The notes beneath the pieces were generated by a model, which had not been told where the DNA came from, ran no database searches, and saw only the letters and a list, made by a program, of their open reading frames with translations. Both the position numbers and the translations under genes were made by a program. Shown here one piece after another: positions 10,586 through 19,587 of a stretch of 64,000 nt of DNA. The stretch covers positions 512,001-576,000 of the forward strand of contig CAVUWD010000006.1 in assembly GCA_963745025.1 (NCBI GenBank), given 5' to 3'. The DNA is from an uncultured delta proteobacterium (lineage in GTDB: Bacteria > Desulfobacterota > Binatia > JACPRU01). How positions within the stretch are numbered: the stretch's first letter is position 1; each line of letters starts with the position of its first letter.

Positions 10586-10678
10586 GAGGATAGCTGGGAT
10601 AAGCGGCCGACTGACGTAAAGCCTCAATATCCGACGCTGCCCAAACACGAGACGCCCCGTTTCTACGGAGCGCATAAG
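10586..10678 (+). repeat. dispersed 93-bp element, copy 3
   Basis: Identical to 7396-7488 (offset 3190 bp). Confidence 0.97.
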
Positions 10679-11056
10679 GCACCTGTCCAGCAAAATCTTG
10701 GCGCCGGGCGGGCGAACGCCCCCCGCCCGCGTCGGGCCGCCCGGCTCACGGGCGGCCCCCCCGGGTGCGGACGCTGCCTGCGAGCCAGAGTCAAAGAATA
10801 TCCCGCCCCTCGCCTGAGCTCCGTGCCGCTCGGCCGTATCTCAATCACTCCCGAAGTCGAAGAATCCCGTCGCCCCCGGCGGCGGGCGCAGGGCGCGGAC
10901 GTTCGGCCGCGATACCGAGGAAGCCGATCGATCCGTTGGGCGCGGCTCGCTGATCGACTGCCGAGCACCCACCGAGGACCCATCTGCTCGTCGCCGCCGA
11001 TGCAGCCTCGACGGTGCGACACTCGCGTGGGCGGAGCGGCACCTCCACGTCGAGAG

Positions 11057-11422
11057 CTACTCGGGGTCGCGATGAACGGTCGCGGGTGAGAAGGCCGGGA
11101 CGCAGACGGCGACGTATTCGGCGCCTGCGTCGGTCGGCGTGCTGTACCTGACCCACTCGCCGGCCCGCGCGTGAACGGCCTGCCCGACCGCGACGTCGAT
11201 CATCCCCTCGCGATGCGTCACCCGCAGGACGCCGGCGAGCACGATGCTGTACTCGTCGAACTCGGGCGTCTGTCCCGGTTCGGTCCACCCAGCGGGGCTC
11301 CGCATGTGGGCGATACTAACGCGGGCGTCGCCGGTGTTCACCCGGCCGACGAGCTCCTCGATGATCTTCGGCTTGTTGCCAGCAGCGGTGATGCGGGTGG
11401 GGGCGGTGATCAGTCGTGACAT
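11057..11422 (-). CDS. cupin domain protein
   Basis: AAGNKPKIIEE.VGRVN, SPAGW.EPGQTPEFDEY, VC.PAFSP.TVHRD. Confidence 0.85.
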   Translation of the reverse strand: MSRLITAPTRITAAGNKPKIIEELVGRVNTGDARVSIAHMRSPAGWTEPGQTPEFDEYSIVLAGVLRVTHREGMIDVAVGQAVHARAGEWVRYSTPTDAGAEYVAVCVPAFSPATVHRDPE

Positions 11423-11599
11423 ATGGGTTCTCTCCTATGGCCCCGGACGTCCGTCTCACGCCCGTGCCGGTCGAAGACGCGGACGTTCGTTTCGGTCTCG
11501 AGTGCCTGACCGAGCGCCGAGGTAGCGAGTGCCATAGCGCCGACCGTCACCAAGATGGCCCTCATACTGTCCTCCGATCGTCCCCTGGATCGTCACGTT

Positions 11600-12703
11600 T
11601 CAGATCCCAGCCGCCCGCCGTCCGCAGGTCGCTTCGTGCACCATCCGATCCGCCATCGCTTCACCGAGCATCGTCGCGGTGAGGTGGGTGTTGACGCGCA
11701 CGATCTCCGGCATCACCGAGCAATCGACCACCCGCAAGCCATCGACGCCAAGCACACGACATGCATCGTCCACGACGGTACGCGGATCATTAGCGCGCCC
11801 CATGCGACAGGTTCCGGAAATGTGTCCGACTGAAATGGTGGCCTTGAGCAAGTGACGCTGCATGTTGCTCGCGTCGATGTCCTCGAGCGGCGTGCGGATG
11901 ATCGCGCCCCCAGCCGCGGGGCTCATGAGACGGGCGTCGGCCACGCCATCGCGCATGGAAGGCTGACGAGCGAGGGTCCTCACCCACTCGATCCCCCACG
12001 CGGTGCGCTCGATGTCAGAGGCATCGGACAACATCCGCTCGTCGATGATCGGGTCGAGCATCGGGTCACTGCTACGAAGACGTAGCTCGCCACGGGAGAA
12101 GCTCTCCATCAACACGACGCCGACGGCGACGCGTCGGTCCGTCGTGTCAAAGTGTGCCCGGTTCCATGCCATCATCAACAGATCGTTGATCCCCGCTAGT
12201 GCGAGCCCGCTCGTCAGCTGCACACAGGCGCTCGTGATGCGTCCGTCCGGCGGATGGCTTTGGACGTGGGGAGCCCGCTCGAACTCCACGAACAGCAGGG
12301 GGTGGTCGAGTAGATTCTGGCCGACCGGAAGATCGGCCTTCACAGGGATGGAGAGCGCGCGCAGATCGGCCGACGGGCCGATCCCCGAGCGCAACAGGAT
12401 CGCAGGTGAATGCACAGCCCCCGCGCAGAGGACGATCTCTCTGCCGCGGAGGTCGACCCAGCGATCGTCCACACGGACGTGCACGCCCAAGGCGCGCTGA
12501 CTATCGAACAACACGCGATCGACGTGGGCGTCGCCGACGATGCGCAGATTCGTTCGTCCGCGCGCGGGTTCGAGGTACGCGTCGTTGCTGGTGACGCGCA
12601 CGCCGTTGCGCACGTTCATGGCGTAGGGCGACACGCCACCGCCGCTTTCGGCATTGTGGTCGTCGCGCCATGCGACACCGAGCTCGAGTGCAGCCTCCGA
12701 CAT
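11600..12703 (-). pseudogene. GMC oxidoreductase (choline dehydrogenase-like), 5' part missing
   Basis: STNDAYL-like motif, LCAGAVHSPAILLRSGIG, VGQNLLDHP, H..GTCRMG, GLRVVDCS, NTHL; no N-terminal GxGxxG upstream. Confidence 0.8.
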
Positions 12704-13131
12704 CGGCACTGGTCTCGCGCGGGTTGAGCCGCGGGTTAACCTCGGCGTCCTCTTCCTCGCTGTTATGCTGCTTGATTTGGTCCTGTGAATCCTCACGGAT
12801 CGGGAGCGTGGCGCTCGCGAAACCGCGTGATCATCCGAGGATCTCGGCCTGGCCCCTGGCGTTCTGCGCGAGGATCTTCCCTTGGTCACGTGTGACGAAG
12901 GGAGATGTCTGCGGCCAGTAGTCTCCGGGCCAAGCCTGCGCCGCCGTACTAGCCGCAAGCGGCGATCCTGGCGACGACGCGCTCGCACGCCTCGAGGAGC
13001 GCTGCGGTGAACTCGCGCGGGCGATAGGCGCAGGCGGCATGATCGCCGTCGACCGGGTGAATCGTCGCTCCGCGGATCGACGCGGCCAGCTTTCGCTGAG
13101 CGGCGGCCGGTCTCGCATCCGCTGCCGCGAG

Positions 13132-13740
13132 CTACGCGAGCCCTTCTTCCTTCATTGCCTCGCGTACGTGAGGTCGAGCAGCGACCCGCTCGGAGTAAGC
13201 CTTCAGGTGCGGCCACGACGAGAGATCGATCTTCAGGTAGTTCGCCCAGAACGTCATCACGAACAGGTAGGCGTCGGCGACGCTGAACTGGCCGCCGAGC
13301 AGGAACGGACCGCTCTTCTCGAGATGCTGATCGACGAAAGCGAAGCGCTTCCCGATGGTGTCTTTCGCGATCGGCTTGTAATCTTCGGGCGTGGCCGGGT
13401 TGAACAGTGGACCGAAGCTCTTGTGCAACTCGGTCGAGATGAAGTTCAGCCACTCCTGGAGGCGAACCCGCTCGAGGGTCCCGGCCTGCGGGGCCAGTCC
13501 GGAACGCGGCGCCCGATCGGCCAGGTACTGCACGATGGCAGGACCTTCGGTCAGTAGCTCGCCATCGTCGAGCATGAGCGCCGGCACCTGGCCTTTCGGA
13601 TTGATGCCGGTGTAGTCGGCTCCGCCCTTGGTCTTCTTGCTCTTGAGGTCTACGGCTTCGAGCTCCGACGAGAGGTCCGCCTCCCGCAGGACGATGTGCG
13701 GGGACAGCGAGCAGGCGCCGGGCGAAAAATACAGCTTCAT
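13132..13740 (-). CDS. gstA: glutathione S-transferase (beta class)
   Basis: MKLYFSPGACSLSPHI, NPKGQVPAL, LTEGPAIVQYLAD, FSVADAYLF. Confidence 0.93.
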   Translation of the reverse strand: MKLYFSPGACSLSPHIVLREADLSSELEAVDLKSKKTKGGADYTGINPKGQVPALMLDDGELLTEGPAIVQYLADRAPRSGLAPQAGTLERVRLQEWLNFISTELHKSFGPLFNPATPEDYKPIAKDTIGKRFAFVDQHLEKSGPFLLGGQFSVADAYLFVMTFWANYLKIDLSSWPHLKAYSERVAARPHVREAMKEEGLA

Positions 13741-13829
13741 GACCGATCCTCCTCTTCGGGTAGATACAGACCGTTCTGTGCGACGCTACAGGCCTGTCTG
13801 TCTCAGTCAAGTGGGATCGTCACGATCCG

Positions 13830-14000
13830 ATGAAGAAAGCTGCGCCGCCCGTTCGCGAGCGGATTCTCGAATCCGCACACGAGTCGTTTTATCGAGAAGG
13901 CATTCGCGCCATCGGCGTCGACACCGTGATCGCCCGATCCGGTGTCGCGAAGATGAGCTTAGCTTCCTCTCCAAGGACGCTCGTGTGCGCCCACCTCGAC
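13830..14000 (+). pseudogene. TetR-family regulator, frameshifted and truncated
   Basis: RERILESA...FYREGIRAIGVDTVIARSGVAKMSL, then SKDALVCAHL across shifted frames; divergent from gst. Confidence 0.75.
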
Positions 14001-14415
14001 GCTTCGCCGTGCAGTACTGGAAATGGTGGAAACCGCGTCATGTCCGCCGTGCTGAGCTTCCCTTACGTCGATTTTCCACAGGCCTTCGCTGCCGCCGCCT
14101 GACTTGCGCGCTCCACGCAAGTAAATCGCGGTAATGATATTACCTGCGATCTGGACCCTGGCGACTCGAGCTCTCTACCCCGCTCTAACCGCTACCTCCC
14201 GCTTGAACGGGTTCTCGCTCGAGGTGGTCGGCGAACCCAAGCACCTCGCGAACTTCGACCCGCAGAATCCGTACTTCCGCCGGCGGAGTTCGTTCGACGT
14301 CCCGAACACGCCGGCATCCTGCCGCGTCGGCGAGACCGGGCGCCTGCCCTCGCACAAGGTGCGCAAGTTGCCGTGAACGTCCGCGCTCCGCTGCGGAGTC
14401 CTGCGGCGGAGTCGC

Positions 14416-14901
14416 CTAACGCGACTTGCGCCGTGGCGCGATCGCGGCCGCCTCGGGACTTGCGACGGAGTGGATGTCGCCCGGCTGGCGCAGCATCTTG
14501 TCGACTTCGCCCAGGTGCTGCTCCTCCTCGAAGATCATCTTGCGCGCGTACTCCTCGAGCATCACCGACTCGCCCTGCACGAGGGAGAGCAGCTCGTGGT
14601 AGAGCGCGAGGCTCTTCGACTCGTGCTCGATCGACTCGCGCAGGATGTCGCCGATCTCGTGCTTGCGGGTCTCGAGCAGGGGCCCGATCGCGAGCGAGGG
14701 ATGGGCGCCGAGGTGCGTGACAAGCTCGCCCGCGGCCTGGGCGTGCTGGAGCGACGTCTGGGCCTCGCCGCGCAGCCAGGAGACGATCGGGATGCGTCCG
14801 AACCCGTACACCATGAGCGAGTAGTGCGTGTAGCGCACGACACCGGCGAGCTCCATCTCCATGATCTTGTTCAAGAGGTCGACGACCGTGGCGTCCTTCA
14901 T
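14416..14901 (-). CDS. bacterioferritin-like protein
   Basis: LNKIMEMELAGVVRYTHYS...HA, HE, EEEQH ferritin-like motifs. Confidence 0.85.
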   Translation of the reverse strand: MKDATVVDLLNKIMEMELAGVVRYTHYSLMVYGFGRIPIVSWLRGEAQTSLQHAQAAGELVTHLGAHPSLAIGPLLETRKHEIGDILRESIEHESKSLALYHELLSLVQGESVMLEEYARKMIFEEEQHLGEVDKMLRQPGDIHSVASPEAAAIAPRRKSR

Positions 14902-15022
14902 CCGAATCACCCTTTCTCTCTGCGGCCCAGAAGCATCGCACTTTCGTCGGCCTGGAGTCCACAAGCACAGCGAGCGAATGGCCCCGGTTACGTGCCGCTC
15001 TCCCGTCTCGACGACGGCGCGA

Positions 15023-15295
15023 CTAGAGTGCCCCCGCCACCACCTCTCCGTCGACGATCGTCGCTTCGACGGCCATCTCGCGGATGTCGTCCTGCGGGCA
15101 ATCGAGAAGGTCGCCGTCGAGGACGACGAGATCAGCGAGCTTTCCGGGCTCGATCGAGCCGAGCTCGTCCTCCATGAAGAGGGCATAGGCGGGGTTTCGC
15201 GTGAAGATTCGCAGCGCCTCCGCCCGGCTGATCTTCTCCCGCTCGCCGGCCCCGGCTCCCGTCAGCCCCGCCTTCCGTACGAGCGACTGCCAGGC
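15023..15295 (-). pseudogene. amidohydrolase_3 (YtcJ-like) C-terminal remnant
   Basis: EALRIFTRNPAY...GSIEPGKLADLVVLD...TIVDGEVV; only about 30 bp separate it from the tenA stop. Confidence 0.8.
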
Positions 15296-15326
15296 TCGGG
15301 TACGCGACTTGCGCGTAGCCGGAGGA

Positions 15327-15956
15327 TCACTCGGCGCCTCGCCAGGCCTCGTCGAAGAACCGCCACTCCCACTGCATCGCCCGCTGATAGCGGCCACGCT
15401 CACCGTCGGTGCCTTCGCCGTACATATCGAGGAGCGCTTCCATCCGGCGTACCAGGTCCGCGAACTCGGCCCCGGCGTACGTCTCGATCCACGGGGTGTA
15501 GGCGTGCTTCCCGCAATGCTCGTCCGCCAGCCGTCTGCCGATGAACCCGTAGAGCGCCATGCACGGCGTCATCGAGGCGATCAGCTCGCCCAGGCCCCCG
15601 GTTAGCGCGTTGGCGAGCAGGAAATCCGTGTACCCGCGCGCAGCCTCCATCGGGTCCACTTTCGCGAGATCGATGCCAAGCTCTTGGGAGACCGAGGCGT
15701 GCAGCTTCAGCTCCTCGAATACGCCCGCTTGAAGCTCGTGGAACATCCGCCGTCCAGCAGCGTCGGGAGCCCTTAGCACACCGGCCGCGAAACCTCTCGC
15801 GAACACGTCGAGAAAGAAGGCGTCCTGCGCGATGAACCGGATGTACCGCTCCCGCGAGAGCGTGCCGTCGCCCAGCCCGCGCACGAACGGATGCGCCAGG
15901 CACTCGAGCGCGATCCGCTCAGCGCCGTCCCAGAAGTCCCTGGACAGCCCCGCCAT
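15327..15956 (-). CDS. tenA: TenA / thiaminase II family protein
   Basis: HPFVRGLGDGTL, QDAFFL, PCMALY, YTPWIETY, EWRFF. Confidence 0.9.
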   Translation of the reverse strand: MAGLSRDFWDGAERIALECLAHPFVRGLGDGTLSRERYIRFIAQDAFFLDVFARGFAAGVLRAPDAAGRRMFHELQAGVFEELKLHASVSQELGIDLAKVDPMEAARGYTDFLLANALTGGLGELIASMTPCMALYGFIGRRLADEHCGKHAYTPWIETYAGAEFADLVRRMEALLDMYGEGTDGERGRYQRAMQWEWRFFDEAWRGAE

Positions 15957-15998
15957 CGCTACACGTTCCGCCGCGGCAGCACCGCCTCCATCCTGCCG

Positions 15999-16844
15999 CT
16001 ACCATTCGCTTTCCGACTCTCGCAGCGCGAACCGCCGCACCCACTCCTCGCAGTCGTCGCGCCGCAGGTAGAAGAAATGGTCCGTGGGGCCCGGCCCGTG
16101 GCCTATAGGCAGCCCGCCTCGAATAGCCTCAGTGACGTACGCCTTCGACAGCTTAACGGCCTCCAGCAGCGTCTTGCCGCGCGCCAGGTGAGTCGCGATC
16201 GCGGCCGAGTACGTGCACCCCGTGCCGTGTGTGTGCTTCGTCTCGATCCACTCGCCGTGCACCGCCTCGGCCCCGTCGCGGGTCACGAGCAGGTCGGCCG
16301 CCTTCTCCTCCAGCAGATGCCCGCCTTTGACAACGACGGCGGGTGCACCCTCGCGCAGCAGCTGCCTGCCAGCCTCCTCCGCCTCCTTCAGCGAACGCAC
16401 GCTGCGGCCCGTCAGCGCCTCGACCTCGTACACGTTCGGGGTGATCACCGTCGCCAGCGGGAACAGCCGCTCGCGCAACCCCTGCTTCGCGTCGTCCGCC
16501 AACAGCGAATAGCCGGTCGTCGACACCATCACTGGGTCGAGCACGTAGAACGGCGGTGCATACTTCCGCAGCCCTCGCTCCACGGCCTCGATGACCCGGG
16601 TGGACGCCAGCATACCCGTCTTCGCCGCCGCCACGGTCATGTCCGTGAACACCGCGTCGAACTGCGCCTCGATCATCTCGACCGAAAGCTCCTCCGTCGC
16701 CGTCACAGCCTGCGTGTTTTGCGCCGTTACCGCCGTCAGCACCGAGACCCCGAAGCCCCCGTTGGCCGAGATCGAGCGCAGGTCGGCCTGAATCCCGGCG
16801 CCGCCGCCGGAATCCGAGCCCGCTATCGTCGCAACGATTTTCAT
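15999..16844 (-). CDS. thiD: hydroxymethylpyrimidine/phosphomethylpyrimidine kinase
   Basis: TIAGSDSGGGAGIQADL, TAQNT, KTGML, DPVM, ITPN, KGGH, HTHGTGCT. Confidence 0.95.
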   Translation of the reverse strand: MKIVATIAGSDSGGGAGIQADLRSISANGGFGVSVLTAVTAQNTQAVTATEELSVEMIEAQFDAVFTDMTVAAAKTGMLASTRVIEAVERGLRKYAPPFYVLDPVMVSTTGYSLLADDAKQGLRERLFPLATVITPNVYEVEALTGRSVRSLKEAEEAGRQLLREGAPAVVVKGGHLLEEKAADLLVTRDGAEAVHGEWIETKHTHGTGCTYSAAIATHLARGKTLLEAVKLSKAYVTEAIRGGLPIGHGPGPTDHFFYLRRDDCEEWVRRFALRESESEW

Positions 16845-16915
16845 CGCACCTCTTCCTTCGAGCGCCGCGCCAGTGTCGGAACGAGAAAAGCCGCCCTCAG
16901 CTTAGCAAAGGCGAT

Positions 16916-17011
16916 ACCCATCCCTTCGCTAGCATTGCCCAGCTCACGTGTTGAGGGGTCGCTCCGATGGGTCGGAGCCTCTCAGCCCAGCTTCTCAAGG
17001 TCCCCCTGGCA
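16916..17011 (-). ncRNA. TPP (THI-box) riboswitch
   Basis: Minus strand CCAGGGGG...GGCTGAGAGG(hairpin)GACCCCTCAACACGTGAGCTGGGCAATGCTAGCGAAGGGATGG upstream of thiD matches the TPP aptamer core. Confidence 0.9.
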
Positions 17012-17169
17012 CAGCGCCATTTTAGTACCAACCAGCCACAGCGTCACCAACCCTCTCCGAGGAACGCAGATTGCTGGGTGGTAGTGTGCGCCCCATGTCC
17101 CTACGCCAAGCGGCGCTATTTACCTTCTCCGTCAGTGTCCCTTCGATAGCGCGTTGCGCCACAACGGTG

Positions 17170-17197
17170 CGAAGCCGAGAGCCTCATTATGTAACCG
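17170..17197 (+). other. dif-like (XerCD) site, degenerate
   Basis: CGAAGCCGAGA-GCCTCA-TTATGTAACCG: 11-6-11 layout with a XerD-like arm TTATGTAA, in an intergenic junction. Confidence 0.4.
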
Positions 17198-17249
17198 CGC
17201 CCACCGGAGCAGGACAGCCTCTTCCGCAGCCGCTGCATCCACCAGCCAG

Positions 17250-17395
17250 GATTTTCTGCGACGGCGATTCCTTCGCGGCCGCGGCCAGCGGCTTCCCGCA
17301 TTCGCCGTAAAATCGTTCGCCCGGCTGATTATTGGCACCGCACGCGTCACAGGCGAGAGTCAGGCCTGAGCCGCACCCGGCACAGAATCTTGTCG
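17250..17395 (-). pseudogene. double zinc ribbon remnant of a third cyclase-ATPase gene
   Basis: RFCAGCGSGLTLACDACGANNQPGERFYGECGKPL...QKIL resembles the N-terminus of the 7115 gene. Confidence 0.65.
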
Positions 17396-17485
17396 ACGAT
17401 AGGCGGGGGGCGACAATAGATCCATGAGCGGCGCTTCTTTGCTGCCGAGCCGCACGCGTGGTCCCGCCGCTGAAAACGCGCACGC

Positions 17486-19012
17486 TCACCGCAGCCGTTG
17501 CGCTGGCTGGCCGATCGCCATCAGGAACATCACGCTCTTGCCCGCAGCGTGCGGCGAGAAGAACTCCGTCACGTCGTCATCGAAAAAGGTCAGGCCGGTG
17601 GCGCCGATACCGAGCGCAAACGCGGCGAGGTACGTCCTGCCGCCGCGAATCGCCGCTTCAAGTTGCGCGGCACGATAGCCGCGGTTGCCGAAACGTTCGA
17701 GCGGCGGATGCAAGTCGACGAGCCAGTAAAGGTTCACTGCCGCGTCGGCAGCGAGATCCTGTCCGAGATCGAGATGGCCAGCCTCGCGGCGGAACTCACC
17801 GCCACGCAGCAACGCAAGTGCATCGCGCGCGCGATCGAACAGGTACGCACCTGGCGCCAGGGTGTCGACGGCGTTGACAATGAGATACAAATCAGTTGCG
17901 CTCGCATCGCGTGCAAGAACGTCTGCCGACAGATCGCGGCTCACGTATCGCAGGATGGTCGACAACACATCGAAGCCGATTGGTTCGTGGGTAAACTGTC
18001 TGGTTGAGCCACGCCGCAGAATCACCGACTCGATCGTCTCGTCGTGGCTGATGTCGGGAGCGAGCGGAACGATCTCGCCCGTCGTCGGAGAGGCACCGTG
18101 CTGCGGCAGCAGCAGCCCGCGCCAAGCGGCGGCCTCCGCGCCCGAGCCGAGCGAGGAAGCGGCGTGTGCCGCGCGGATCGCGGGGTAGTCCACCTCGCGG
18201 CTCGACAGCGGCAAGGTCTCCAGAGCAAGTGGGACGATTGCTGGCGCTGGGGCTGGCGGCGAGGGTTCGGCTCCGACTGCCACGAGGCTCAGTGTGACTT
18301 CGCGCGCCGAGTCGAGGGCGAGGAGTTGATTCAACTGATCGTCGGCGAAGCCCAATACCACATGGGCCGGCAAGTCCATTGCGGCGGCGACGGCGAGGAG
18401 ATTCGCCAGCAATGTGCCGTTATCCCAGAAGCAGTGGCGGTACGTGCGCGCCTGATACTTCCACGCGTTACGCCAGAAGGTGCTGGTGCAAGCGATCACC
18501 GCCGGCACGCTCGCCACAACGGTTTCACCACCTGTCGCCGCAACCACGGCGGCGCGATAATCGCCCGCTCGCAATTGTCGCAACGCGAAGTCGTGCGGGC
18601 TAAAGTGGTACACCCCGGCGGCCAACCCAGGCAGCGCACCGCAAATCAGGTAGAGATCGATGTGATGGAGATTGCCGGTACATGCCTGCGCGCGGAAGTA
18701 CACGTCGCTGCCGGGATGGCTGCGCCGGCGGAGCACACCGGCGGTGAAATACAAGAGGTGCCCGAGTCGCGCGAGATCGAGTCCCGCCCCGGCGCCCGCG
18801 ATTGTACCAGCATCGGCGATGGCGTGGATCGCGGGGCGTTCAAAGCTGGCAAAGTCGCGCGCCAGCGGGATAGGTTCCAGCGTCGGATACACCTTGAACG
18901 GGAGCGGCATGATCTCCCAATCCAAGCCGTGCGGCGAGCGACGCAGGCTGGCAATCGAATGCTTGGTCCCGTCGTGATACGCCCACATGGCCGCGTGATC
19001 GCGGTTGGTCAT
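17486..19012 (-). CDS. SagB/ThcOx-family dehydrogenase (two nitroreductase-like domains)
   Basis: YHDGTKHS, P.PFKVY, RA.ACTGNL, WKY..R.YRH..WD.G, ILRRGSTRQF, GATGLTFFDD. Confidence 0.88.
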   Translation of the reverse strand: MTNRDHAAMWAYHDGTKHSIASLRRSPHGLDWEIMPLPFKVYPTLEPIPLARDFASFERPAIHAIADAGTIAGAGAGLDLARLGHLLYFTAGVLRRRSHPGSDVYFRAQACTGNLHHIDLYLICGALPGLAAGVYHFSPHDFALRQLRAGDYRAAVVAATGGETVVASVPAVIACTSTFWRNAWKYQARTYRHCFWDNGTLLANLLAVAAAMDLPAHVVLGFADDQLNQLLALDSAREVTLSLVAVGAEPSPPAPAPAIVPLALETLPLSSREVDYPAIRAAHAASSLGSGAEAAAWRGLLLPQHGASPTTGEIVPLAPDISHDETIESVILRRGSTRQFTHEPIGFDVLSTILRYVSRDLSADVLARDASATDLYLIVNAVDTLAPGAYLFDRARDALALLRGGEFRREAGHLDLGQDLAADAAVNLYWLVDLHPPLERFGNRGYRAAQLEAAIRGGRTYLAAFALGIGATGLTFFDDDVTEFFSPHAAGKSVMFLMAIGQPAQRLR

Positions 19013-19318
19013 TGCCGGCAGCATAAACCGATTCGACAACGCGGGACAGGCGGCGACGTGAGGTCGCTAGATCTCGGGCCTCGCTTCCACGGGGAGCTTA
19101 CGGATCTCTTCGGTCAACCGCTCCGCCTCGCCGATCGTGTCGATGTACTCCTGAAACGCAGCGAGTGATGCGAGAGGCAGGCCGTCGGGGCCGGGCCGAA
19201 ACGAGAAGAACTCGGATATTCGCTTCCCTCCTCCGGGCACTATAGGCTGTGGCGATGATCGACTCGCCGCCTGCCCGGCCCCGAGCTGGGTTCGACTATC
19301 CGCGGAACCTCGTTGAGT

Positions 19319-19570
19319 TCAGTGAGTTCTTCCCCGACGCACTTCCCCGGTGCGGATGTCGAATGTCGCGCCGTGGTACGGACAGGTGACCTTGTGGCCT
19401 GACACTTCTCCCTCAGCGAGTGGGCCACCGCGGTGCGTGCAGGTGTTGTCGACCGCGAAGAACTTCCCGTCGACGTTGAAGAGGGCGATCTGCTTGCCCT
19501 TCGCCTCAACCAGTCGGCCCTGACCGGGCTCGAGCTCGTTTGTCTTCGCTACTCTCACAAAGTCAGCCAT
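19319..19570 (-). pseudogene. Rieske [2Fe-2S] ferredoxin, C-terminus truncated
   Basis: CTHRGGPL and CPYHGATFDIRTGEV, then homology breaks. Confidence 0.8.
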
Positions 19571-19587
19571 GGATCCTTTTCTCCCAT

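Noticed and set aside
1420-10678. 93-bp repeat as CRISPR repeat, integron attC, MITE or group II intron end
   Set aside because: Too long and kb-spaced for CRISPR; no RYYYAAC/GTTRRRY palindrome; no terminal inverted repeats or target duplication; no GUGYG start or domain V.
10704-10760. GC-rich hairpins (also 2878-2895) as REP elements or terminators
   Set aside because: Not repeated elsewhere in the window, no U-tract, and expected by chance at this GC content.
10382-11089. 235-aa ORF as a complete integrase
   Set aside because: After about 68 codons it reads through the repeat and low-complexity sequence; no catalytic R-H-R-Y residues.
11600-13810. 736-aa ORF as a single protein
   Set aside because: The N-terminal half is an out-of-frame read through gst and junk; only the part from about 12703 is GMC-like.
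14018-14040. AAATGGTGGA as tRNA/tmRNA 3' att remnant
   Set aside because: The reverse complement gives TCCACCA but no T-arm (GGTTCGA) or acceptor-stem partner.
17486-19012. SagB gene as evidence for a RiPP (TOMM) cluster
   Set aside because: No YcaO or precursor peptide nearby; stand-alone SagB-like genes are common.
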